From NCBI GenBank assembly GCA_045807245.1, contig JBJMHS010000052.1:1-51007 (forward strand): a stretch of DNA of 51,007 bases, given 5' to 3'. The stretch is from Actinomycetales bacterium (lineage in GTDB: Bacteria > Actinomycetota > Actinomycetes > Actinomycetales > CAVURS01). This document shows, in pieces, positions 35,945-43,971 of the stretch. Numbering within the stretch: the first letter of the stretch is position 1; each line of letters begins with the position of its first letter. The position numbers were made by a program, and so were the translations under genes. The notes beneath the pieces are model-generated. The model saw only the letters and a program-made list of their open reading frames with translations, had not been told where the DNA came from and made no database searches.

Positions 35945-36556
35945 TCACGCTCCGGCTGGGGCGGCTGCTCGTGCCAGGGTCTGGTCGAACGCGTAGTACA
36001 GCGCGAGTACGCCGTGCAGCGCGAGGGTCACCGGGGCCGACACGAACGACAGCAAGGTCAGCGCCGGGTAGGCCGCCAGACCGAGGGCGAACCGGAGCCG
36101 TCCCGAGCCCGGCACCGACACGCCGTCGGCCAGCAGCGAAGGATGGCGTAACGCGTACTGCCAGAACGCCGTGAACGTCACGGACATCGCTGTCATCAGC
36201 AGGCCGAGCACAGCGACGGCGACGGACGCCTGGTCCCCTCGGTCCAGGTAGCGCGCCACCAGCTCGACCGGCCACGGCACGGCGGCGATGGCCATCAGCA
36301 GCAGCAGGTTGAGCAGGAGGAGGGGTCGGTTGACGGTGGCGATGCAGCCGAAGGTCGTGTGGTGGTTCAGCCACATGACACCGATGATGAGGAACCCGAC
36401 GACATAGGCGAAGTACGACGGCCACTCGCGGCCGAGCGCGGCCCACAGCGACTCGTGCCGCGCGGTCTCCGGGACGTGGATCTCCAGCACCAGCAACGTG
36501 ATCGCGATCGCGAACACGCCGTCGCTGAAGGCCTCGACCCGGCCCTTCTCGCTCAC
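35945..36556 (-). CDS. TMEM175 (DUF1211) family channel protein
   Basis: RVEAFSDGVFAIAITLLVL, W.NHH; GTGA overlap with the upstream gene. Confidence 0.9.
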   Translation of the reverse strand: MSEKGRVEAFSDGVFAIAITLLVLEIHVPETARHESLWAALGREWPSYFAYVVGFLIIGVMWLNHHTTFGCIATVNRPLLLLNLLLLMAIAAVPWPVELVARYLDRGDQASVAVAVLGLLMTAMSVTFTAFWQYALRHPSLLADGVSVPGSGRLRFALGLAAYPALTLLSFVSAPVTLALHGVLALYYAFDQTLARAAAPAGA

Positions 36557-37086
36557 CGGTCGCCACCCTCGCCGTAGCGGTCGCGCAGGTCGGCGACGAG
36601 CTCGTCCAGCTCGCTCACGTCGTACCAGAGCAGGTCGTGCGCCTCTGCGCCGTCGACGGCGAACTGCGCGTCGTCGTCGCCCGCGGCCGCCGCCGCCAGC
36701 GCGTCGACCGCCGCGCCCACGTCGGACTGCGCCTCCTGCTCGTCGACGTGCACGCTCGCGACGGCGTCGAGAGGCAGGTCGCCATGGCAGAGGACCACGG
36801 ACCGCTCGTCGCCGTCCTCGCCGGCGACCACCGTCGTGTCGTCCGGCACGTCGGCCGACAGCACGACCCGGACCCGCGGCGTACCGGGCTCGCCGGCCAG
36901 CAGTCGCAACGCCGATCGTTCGGCGTCCAGGAAGGCGGCGTGCTCGAGCTCCTCGGTGTCGCTCTGCGCGTACCACTCCCGCAGAGCCGGGGTGACGGCG
37001 TGCGCGGTCCAGACCGTCCCGCCGTACCCCGAGTCCGCGTGCAGCCGGGCCAGCGCCGTCACCGTCATGGGGACGTAGACCCGCAT
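36553..37086 (-). CDS. DUF6912 family protein
   Basis: MRVYVP, AVTPALREWY, EELE, VASVHVD, LLWYD..EL. Confidence 0.8.
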   Translation of the reverse strand: MRVYVPMTVTALARLHADSGYGGTVWTAHAVTPALREWYAQSDTEELEHAAFLDAERSALRLLAGEPGTPRVRVVLSADVPDDTTVVAGEDGDERSVVLCHGDLPLDAVASVHVDEQEAQSDVGAAVDALAAAAAGDDDAQFAVDGAEAHDLLWYDVSELDELVADLRDRYGEGGDR

Positions 37087-38126
37087 CAGCCGGCCTCACC
37101 CCGGTCGAGCGGCTCGTCGGCCTCGCCGTCCTGCGCGTCCAGGTCGGCCAACGAGCCCTGCAGCCGTCCCAGCCCCTCGCCGAGCACCGCGGCATCCTGG
37201 AGTGCGGCCGGTGTGGTCTCGAGCGCGGTGCGCAGCACGATCTCGCGCCGGCCGACGTCCATGAGGTTCGCCCCGAACGCCTCGAGATCCCGTGGTCCCG
37301 GCCCGATCACCGTCACGTCGGTGCCACCCCGGTGCAGGAGCGCGACCTCGTGCAGGCAGCGGCGGGTGACCCGGCTGCGCCATCGGCGTTCGAGCTTGGT
37401 GGTGAGCTGGGTGGGCTCGTCCATCGCGAAGCTCACCATCGGCGCGACGACGTACACCTCGTCCAGCTCCAGGCCTACCATCAGGTCGACGCTCGTCGTC
37501 GACCACGCGCCGCCGTCGATGTAGCGGCGACCACCGATCCGGACCGGCTGGTACCAGCCGGGGATCGCGCACGAGGCCATGACCGCGTCCGCGATGTCGC
37601 TCCCCGGCATACCCGAGGCACCGAACGGCACCCGCTGACCGGTGTCGTAGTCCATGGCCACGATCCGCACCCCGCCGCGCGGCACCCAGCCCTGGGGCAC
37701 GACGTGGCGCACGAGCGCGCCCACGCTGCCCAGCCGGCCTCGGCCCTCCGGCAGCAGGGCCGAGAGGACCGCCGTCGGTGGCAGCCGGCGCAGATGGCGG
37801 GCGTTGTGCAGCAACATGGCGCGCGACCCCATGCGGGCGCGAGGGCGCTGCGGCAGGTCGCCACCCGTGGCGTTCTCGTAGTCCCACGAGAACCCGGCCA
37901 GCCGGCTGCGGTCGCCGACGGGCTCCCCCATCTGGTGGTGACGCAGCTCGTCCACGCTCACGCCGGCCCCCAGCAGCGCGCTGACCACCGATCCGGCGGA
38001 CGTCCCGACGATCTCGTCGAACTCGCGCAGGTCGAGGCCCAGCTCCTGCTCGAGCGCGGTCAGGGCCCCCACCATCCAGGCCGCGCCGAGCACGCCACCA
38101 CCCCCGAGGACGAGTCCACGTCTCAC
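37086..38126 (-). CDS. Patatin-like phospholipase
   Basis: GGGG oxyanion motif, GTSAG nucleophile, DGG. Confidence 0.92.
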   Translation of the reverse strand: MRRGLVLGGGGVLGAAWMVGALTALEQELGLDLREFDEIVGTSAGSVVSALLGAGVSVDELRHHQMGEPVGDRSRLAGFSWDYENATGGDLPQRPRARMGSRAMLLHNARHLRRLPPTAVLSALLPEGRGRLGSVGALVRHVVPQGWVPRGGVRIVAMDYDTGQRVPFGASGMPGSDIADAVMASCAIPGWYQPVRIGGRRYIDGGAWSTTSVDLMVGLELDEVYVVAPMVSFAMDEPTQLTTKLERRWRSRVTRRCLHEVALLHRGGTDVTVIGPGPRDLEAFGANLMDVGRREIVLRTALETTPAALQDAAVLGEGLGRLQGSLADLDAQDGEADEPLDRGEAG

Positions 38127-39535
38127 CGGCCGTGCGCCCCCAGCTCAGCGAGCGCGTCGACCAGGCACTGACCCAGCACGTCGAGGTCGGCCATGGCGTC
38201 GCGGTCCCCGTTCAGGCCGTAGTAGACCGAGCCGTCGTACGACGTCAGGCCGATGCTCACCGCCTGCCCCTTGGCCAGCGGCACGACCGGGTACGACGCG
38301 AGCAGCCGGGCCCCCGCGGCGTACAGGGCCTGCTGCGGACCGGGCACGTTGGTGACGACGAGGTTGAACATGCGCCGCGACATCGCGCTGGCCACCCGGG
38401 CGCCCAACGAGTGCAGGGTCGGCGGGGCGAAGCCGGCGAGGCCGACGAGAGTGTCCGCACCGATCGCTCGGCCGGTGTCCTGATGCGCCCGCATCGCATA
38501 GGCGACCTGATGCAGCCGCATGACGGGGCTCGGCTCGCCGACCGGGAGCCGGACGACGAACGCCTGGACGCTGTTGCCGAGCCGGGTCGTGCCGACGTCG
38601 TCGCGGACCGACAGCGGCACGAGCGCACTCACCGTGCTGGCCGGGCGGACCGGTTCGCCGCGCGTGAGCAGCCAGTTGCGCAACGCCCCGGCCACGGTGG
38701 CCAGGACGATGTCGTTGATGGTCACCTCGTCCTCACCGGTACGCGCGAGACGGGCCCGGATCGCGCGGTAGTCGGCGAGGTCGGTGTCGACCGTCACGAA
38801 CCGCCGGGCGCGGCCGATCTCCACGTTCAGCGGGCTGGTGGGCGCCGGCCGAGCGGCCGTCCGGGCCAGGACCGACGCGACCCGGCCGACCTCGCCCGCC
38901 ACGCGCAGCCCGGCGTGCCGGACACCGTCCAGCCCACTGCGGATCGTCTCCAGCACCTCGGTCGGCCGTTGCACGGCCTCGGTCAGGGCACCCACGACGA
39001 GGTCGAGATCACTCGGCTCGGACGACGCCGCCCACGTGTCGGTGGCAGGGCCGGGGACGGCGTCGGAGGCGTCCAGGATGAGCTGTCCGATGTCCACCGC
39101 GTTCACGCCGTCCACCAGGGCCTGGTGGGTCTTCGTCACGATCGCGAACCGGTGGTCGGACAGCCCCTCGACCAGGTACACCTCCCACAACGGGCGGCTA
39201 CGGTCCAGCGGACGGACCTGCAGCCGGGCGACCAAGTCGTGCAGCTGCTCGTCGCTGCCGGGCTTCGGCAGGGCCGACTGCCGTACGTGGTAGGTGAGGT
39301 CGAAGTCCTCGTCGTCGACCCAGACCGGGTTGGCCAGGTGGCCGGGGACGGTGCGGATGCGCTGGCGGTAGCGCGGTACCAGCGTGATGCGGGCCCGGAC
39401 GAGGTCGACCAGCCGCTCGTAGGTGAACCCGCCGTCGGGCATCGCCAACACCATCACCGAGCCGACATGCATCGCCGTCGTGTCCTCCTCGAGGTACAGG
39501 AAGGACGCGTCGAGCGTCGTCAGGCGTTCGGGCAC
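38123..39535 (-). CDS. WS/DGAT family O-acyltransferase with a variant active-site motif
   Basis: LDASFLYLE, LDRSRPLWE, HQALVDG, NLVVTNVPGP. Confidence 0.92.
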   Translation of the reverse strand: MPERLTTLDASFLYLEEDTTAMHVGSVMVLAMPDGGFTYERLVDLVRARITLVPRYRQRIRTVPGHLANPVWVDDEDFDLTYHVRQSALPKPGSDEQLHDLVARLQVRPLDRSRPLWEVYLVEGLSDHRFAIVTKTHQALVDGVNAVDIGQLILDASDAVPGPATDTWAASSEPSDLDLVVGALTEAVQRPTEVLETIRSGLDGVRHAGLRVAGEVGRVASVLARTAARPAPTSPLNVEIGRARRFVTVDTDLADYRAIRARLARTGEDEVTINDIVLATVAGALRNWLLTRGEPVRPASTVSALVPLSVRDDVGTTRLGNSVQAFVVRLPVGEPSPVMRLHQVAYAMRAHQDTGRAIGADTLVGLAGFAPPTLHSLGARVASAMSRRMFNLVVTNVPGPQQALYAAGARLLASYPVVPLAKGQAVSIGLTSYDGSVYYGLNGDRDAMADLDVLGQCLVDALAELGAHGR

Positions 39536-39563
39536 CCAGCCATCGTGGCACGCCGCCAGACCC

Positions 39564-40901
39564 TCACCGCCGGGCGCGACGCCCCGACCGCCGTCGGGTG
39601 GCCGGCGTCTCGTCGCAGACCTGCACGGCCAACAGCTGAGCGAGGTCGGCGATCGCGCGGCGGGCCGGCGATCCGGGCGCGGACTCGGTCAGCGTGCGGC
39701 CGGCCAGGAGCGCAGCGTCCAGCGCCGGGCGGTCGTCGGGCACGAGCACCGGGTCCTCGACGGCTGCATAGCGGGCCAGCGCCTCCCGGATGCGGGGGCC
39801 GGGCGGCCCTCCGACGGCGGCGGCGCGGACGCGGTTCACCACGACGACCGGCGGCCCACCGCCCGAGCGCACCTCGGCCAGGTCGCCGAGCCCCCGCACC
39901 AGGCGCTGCAGGCCGACGGGGTCGGCGCTGCCGACGGCCACCACGACGTCGGCCTGGTCCAGCGTGACGAGCGTCGCGCCGTTGCGCCGGGGCCCTGCGG
40001 TGTCGTAGGCGACCTCCTCGTCCTGCTCCAGACCGAAGCCGCAGTCGACGACCGTCCAGCGGGCCAGCTGCTGGGCCAGGGTGAGCACCTTGGCCAGCGC
40101 GCCGGACCGCAGCTCGGGCCAGCGCCCGGGCCGCACGATGCCGGTCAACACGCGCAGGTGCGGCCCGAGGGCCGGGGCGGACCGGCCCAGCTGGGCCAGG
40201 TCGAGGTTGCCGAGATCAGCCGCCCGGGCGGCCGCCGCGAGCCCGGGCGCTTCGTCCAGCAGTCCGAGCACCTGGGCGACACACCCGCCGTACGTATCCG
40301 CGTCGGCGAGCACCGTGTCGTGGCCGAGGGCCGCCAGCTCGGCGGCGAGCGTGACAGCGACGGTCGTCCGGCCGGGTGCGCCGGTCGGTCCCCACACCGC
40401 GACGACCCGGCCGGGCTGAACGCCGCCGACGCCGGCGACGGCAGCGGGATCTGTCGCCGTCACGTCCTGGTCGGCCACCGCGAGAGCACGCGCAGGGTCG
40501 GCCAGGCCGCTCGTTGCCGCTGTCGACCCGGATCGCTGGTCGAAGGCGGCGACGGCGCGGGCCACCGCAGCCGCCACGTCGGACGCGGGCGCATCCGCCG
40601 CGAGGACCTCGTCGACGCCGAGCTGGTGCAGGCGTCGCTCGGCCGCCTCGTCGTCCGGCGAGACCAGCCCCACGACCGCGAGCCCGGCGGACCCCAGGCG
40701 GGACAACGCCTCGCCGTCCAGCCGCCGCAGGTCGGCCGACAGAACCACGGCCCGGGCCTGGCCGGTGACGGCGGTGGCCACGAGGTCGGCCAGGTCGACG
40801 CAGCGCCGGACGACGGAGACCTTCGCGCGCATCTGTTCCAGCCCGCTGACGAGGGCGGACTCCCACCGGTCCGACACCGCGGTGAGGACGGGCAGGCTCA
40901 C
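39564..40901 (-). CDS. CpaE/TadZ-like MinD/ParA-family ATPase with an N-terminal receiver-like domain
   Basis: VWGPTGAPGRTT (deviant Walker A), DADTYGG, VVDCGF; coupled to the SAF gene. Confidence 0.8.
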   Translation of the reverse strand: MSLPVLTAVSDRWESALVSGLEQMRAKVSVVRRCVDLADLVATAVTGQARAVVLSADLRRLDGEALSRLGSAGLAVVGLVSPDDEAAERRLHQLGVDEVLAADAPASDVAAAVARAVAAFDQRSGSTAATSGLADPARALAVADQDVTATDPAAVAGVGGVQPGRVVAVWGPTGAPGRTTVAVTLAAELAALGHDTVLADADTYGGCVAQVLGLLDEAPGLAAAARAADLGNLDLAQLGRSAPALGPHLRVLTGIVRPGRWPELRSGALAKVLTLAQQLARWTVVDCGFGLEQDEEVAYDTAGPRRNGATLVTLDQADVVVAVGSADPVGLQRLVRGLGDLAEVRSGGGPPVVVVNRVRAAAVGGPPGPRIREALARYAAVEDPVLVPDDRPALDAALLAGRTLTESAPGSPARRAIADLAQLLAVQVCDETPATRRRSGRRARR

Positions 40902-41560
40902 GACCCGGCCTTGGGCACGGAGCCGGGCACGGGTACGACGTCCACCCGGTCACCGTTGTCGACTGCGGACAGCACGGCGGGGACGAGGTCGCTGGCGAGC
41001 AGCAGCCGGACCGTGGCATCGCGCGACCCACCGAGCACCCCGCCGTCCGAGCTGACCGACACCACCTCGGCCGACTGCACGACGACGGTCGGCTCCTGGA
41101 ACGTGTCCGAACCCTTGTCCTTGCGGGCAATCCACACATCGACCAGCGCTCCAGGCCGCAGGCCGTCGGCGGCGCCCGTCAGCACCCGGACCGCAACGGG
41201 GCGCGACGTCACCGCGGCAGGCGGTCCCACGGCGGAGACGGGCACGAGCTCGCCGGCCTGGACGCTGCGCAGCACGACGACGCCCGGCCGGGGAGCCGAC
41301 GTCGCCGCGAGGTACCGCCCGTGCAGTCCGGCCAGCCGCACCCGGACCACCTTCAGGTCGTCGGTGGTGAGCCGCTGGCCCGGCGCGAGGTGCCGGCTCG
41401 CGGCGTACATGGGCTGGGTCGAGTCGGCTCGGCTCACGACCTGGACCCCCACGGCGACCGACGTCAGCACCAGCAGAATCCCCACGAGCAGCCGCCGGTC
41501 GCGCCACGTGGGCTGCCGCAGCCGCCGCGCCGCGGCACCAGCCATGGCCGTCTCCGTCAC
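40898..41560 (-). CDS. CpaB/RcpC-like SAF domain protein
   Basis: WRDRRLLVGILLV TM segment, A.RHLAPGQRLT..DL SAF motif, L.PG..VDVW. Confidence 0.8.
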   Translation of the reverse strand: MTETAMAGAAARRLRQPTWRDRRLLVGILLVLTSVAVGVQVVSRADSTQPMYAASRHLAPGQRLTTDDLKVVRVRLAGLHGRYLAATSAPRPGVVVLRSVQAGELVPVSAVGPPAAVTSRPVAVRVLTGAADGLRPGALVDVWIARKDKGSDTFQEPTVVVQSAEVVSVSSDGGVLGGSRDATVRLLLASDLVPAVLSAVDNGDRVDVVPVPGSVPKAGS

Positions 41561-41650
41561 GGCGCCGATCTTCGCAGATGTGCGCAAACTCCTAATACGG
41601 CCATCCACAGCTTTCCGCCCGTAAGCGGCCCAGGCTGGCAGACTGCCCGG

Positions 41651-41896
41651 ATGCCCCCGCGGTTCCTCCAGCTCAGCGACGTCGCCGACGTGCTCAACAT
41701 CTCGGCGGCACAGACGTACGCGCTGGTGCGGTCCGGCGAGCTGCCGGCGATCAAGGTCGGTGGCCGGGGCCAGTGGCGGGTGGAGGCGAGCCAGCTCGAG
41801 GCCTACATCGAGCGGATGTACGCCCAGACCCGCGACTTCCTCGACGCCCACCCGTTCGGCGCCGAACCCGGACTGAGCTCAGGCGGGGCTCACTAG
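41651..41896 (+). CDS. Small MerR/excisionase-like (BldC-like, HTH_17) DNA-binding protein
   Basis: RFLQLSDVADVLNIS..Q.YALVRSGELPAIKVGGRGQWRV. Confidence 0.88.
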   Translation: MPPRFLQLSDVADVLNISAAQTYALVRSGELPAIKVGGRGQWRVEASQLEAYIERMYAQTRDFLDAHPFGAEPGLSSGGAH

Positions 41897-42430
41897 GGCG
41901 ATCGCCGCGAACGGCACGACGCGTACGTCACGTACCTCGGCGGTACGGCGGGGCCGGTCGGCCGGATGCTCGGCCAGGTCGCAGTGGTCGGCATACACCC
42001 GGTCGATCGTCCCGGTGAGCCCAGTGTGAGCGTCCAGCTGCATCGTGACGGGAACGCGTTGCCGCGCAAGGCTCCTCAGCGGTGACGCGAGGCCCAGCCG
42101 TCGGGCCGCCGAGTGATGTGACTGTGGCTCCGAGCGGCGCCCGAGACCGGTCAGCCACAGACACGCACGCGTCGGCACGAGCAGCACCCGGTCCGCGCCC
42201 TCCTCCACCAACAACCACTCGAGCGCGACGTCGACCAGCCCGCCGCGCAGCGTGCCGACGTCGCGCACCGCGAGGGCGACGGGACGGTCACGATGTGCGG
42301 CCAGCCGGTCGAGCAGACCCAGCCGGGCCAGCTCCATGCGCGAGCGCTCGGCCAGCTCGGACCGGTCGGCCGCAGCCTGCTCGCCGGCGAGCTGGCCTTC
42401 GAGATCCGCGAACAGCTCGTCCCACCGCAC
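41879..42430 (-). CDS. Conserved actinobacterial hypothetical protein
   Basis: MRWDELFADLEGQ, GTIDRV..DH.DLAEH; CACAGT 6 nt before the GTG. Confidence 0.75.
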   Translation of the reverse strand: MRWDELFADLEGQLAGEQAAADRSELAERSRMELARLGLLDRLAAHRDRPVALAVRDVGTLRGGLVDVALEWLLVEEGADRVLLVPTRACLWLTGLGRRSEPQSHHSAARRLGLASPLRSLARQRVPVTMQLDAHTGLTGTIDRVYADHCDLAEHPADRPRRTAEVRDVRVVPFAAIALVSPA

Positions 42431-42567
42431 TCGGGAACTGTGCCATCGCCGCAGCCCGATCTGCACGCTATCCACCGAATATGGGTGAACGTCTTGACTG
42501 CCACGATACGGGGTAATAGACCTCTCCCCAGGCAAACGGCAGCAAACCGAGGGGGCTGGGGGCAACC

Positions 42568-43359
42568 GTGAGCGTGAGAAATGGTCCACGGACCGCCGGT
42601 CGCGACCCTGTGACGCGGTACGGCGTCGTCGTCCTCGCTCTGGCGGGTGCCACGGCGGTCGCGTTCGCCCTGGTGCGCGGCGGCTGGGTCCTGCTGGCGA
42701 CCTGGTTGGACAGCCCGCCAGCCACTCGGACCCCGGCCGGGCTCGTCGCACCGGTCTGCGCGATCAGCGCCGGGGCGTTGCTGGGCTGGGTGGGCCTGGG
42801 TGGGCTGGCCTCCGCGGCGACCCGGCTCCCCGGTCGGGCCGGACGCCACGCCCACGCCGTGTCGCTCCGCGTCGCGCCGTCCCTCGTCCGGGCCGGCGTG
42901 GCCGCCGCGCTCGGCGGCTCGCTCGCGCTGGGATCCGCGTCCGTCGGTGCCTCATCAGGCCCAACGCCCACGTCGGCGGCCCAATCGGCCCTCGCGCCCG
43001 CCGTCCCGACGTCACCGGCTCCGCTGGCTCCGCTGGCTCCGCTGGCTCCGCTGGCTCCGCTGGCGCCGAACCATCCACCGGACCCAGCGCCGCCGCCACC
43101 GGGTGACATCGGGCTGGTCAGCTCGGCACCCGCACCGGCCCGGACGTCGGTCGACGAACACGTGGTCGTCCGACGCGGCGACTCGCTGTGGGCCATCGCC
43201 GCCCGTCATCTCGGCCCGCAGGCCGGGGCCGGCGAGATCGCCCACGCGTGGCAGCGCTGGTACGCCGCGAACCGGGACGTCATCGGCGACGACCCCGGCG
43301 TGATCCGTCCCGGCCAGCTGCTCACGCCTCCATCCGACCCCGGAAGGTCTGCACCATGA
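42568..43359 (+). CDS. Membrane-anchored LysM domain protein
   Basis: N-terminal TM segments, Pro/Ala linker, VVRRGDSLWAIAARHL...NRDVIGDDPGVIRPGQLL. Confidence 0.88.
   Translation: MSVRNGPRTAGRDPVTRYGVVVLALAGATAVAFALVRGGWVLLATWLDSPPATRTPAGLVAPVCAISAGALLGWVGLGGLASAATRLPGRAGRHAHAVSLRVAPSLVRAGVAAALGGSLALGSASVGASSGPTPTSAAQSALAPAVPTSPAPLAPLAPLAPLAPLAPNHPPDPAPPPPGDIGLVSSAPAPARTSVDEHVVVRRGDSLWAIAARHLGPQAGAGEIAHAWQRWYAANRDVIGDDPGVIRPGQLLTPPSDPGRSAP
43017..43064 (+). repeat. 9-bp tandem repeat (GGCTCCGCT) x5, encoding (APL)5
   Basis: Read directly from the sequence, in the linker of the LysM gene. Confidence 0.95.
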
Positions 43360-43967
43360 CCGTCGCACTGACCGACCTGTCCGAGCAGCTGCGGGCGGAG
43401 CTAGCCGCGGAGCTGGCGCGGAACGCGCCGCCGCTTGCGCCGCGTCTGCGGGCCATGCCGGTGCCGGACACGGAACCGGCCCCTGACCTCCAGCCGGACC
43501 CGCGGCTGCGCGGGCGGCGAACGCTGGTGACCCAGCCGACGCTGGCGCTCAGCCTCGTACCGCCTCCGGGCCCCGGACGGCCAACCGCCCCCGCCGCGGC
43601 ACCCTGGCCGCAGCCGATCACCGCCGGTCTGCCCGACCCGCAGGTGTGGTCACGGCGCGTGATGCAGGCCGTCGTCGAGGTCCTCTGCGGCGTCCGCCCG
43701 GTGGCTCAGCTGGTCCGCTGGACCAACCGCGACGTCTACGAGGGACTCCGCCGGCGCAGCGGCGTGCAGATGGCCGGCCATGGAACACCAGGCCATCCCG
43801 AAGCCGGTCGACGGGCCGTCGTGCGGAGCGTCCGGATCTGCCAACCGGCGGACGGCGTGGTCGAGGCGGCCGCCGTCGTCGCAGCCCGCGGGCGCATCCA
43901 GGCCGTCGCGTTCCGGCTCGAGGGCGCGGACGGCCGCTGGCGGATGACCGCGCTCGAGCTGGGCTGA
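43356..43967 (+). CDS. Rv3235 family protein
   Basis: EVL.G.RPVAQL.RW, GR..A.AFRLEG.DGRW..TALELG; convergent with secA. Confidence 0.85.
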   Translation: MTVALTDLSEQLRAELAAELARNAPPLAPRLRAMPVPDTEPAPDLQPDPRLRGRRTLVTQPTLALSLVPPPGPGRPTAPAAAPWPQPITAGLPDPQVWSRRVMQAVVEVLCGVRPVAQLVRWTNRDVYEGLRRRSGVQMAGHGTPGHPEAGRRAVVRSVRICQPADGVVEAAAVVAARGRIQAVAFRLEGADGRWRMTALELG

Positions 43968-43971
43968 GGCG

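Noticed and set aside
41651..41896. Excisionase suggesting a prophage or ICE
   Set aside because: No integrase, phage or conjugation genes; the gene is embedded in a housekeeping-like secA neighbourhood, so it is more likely a chromosomal regulator.
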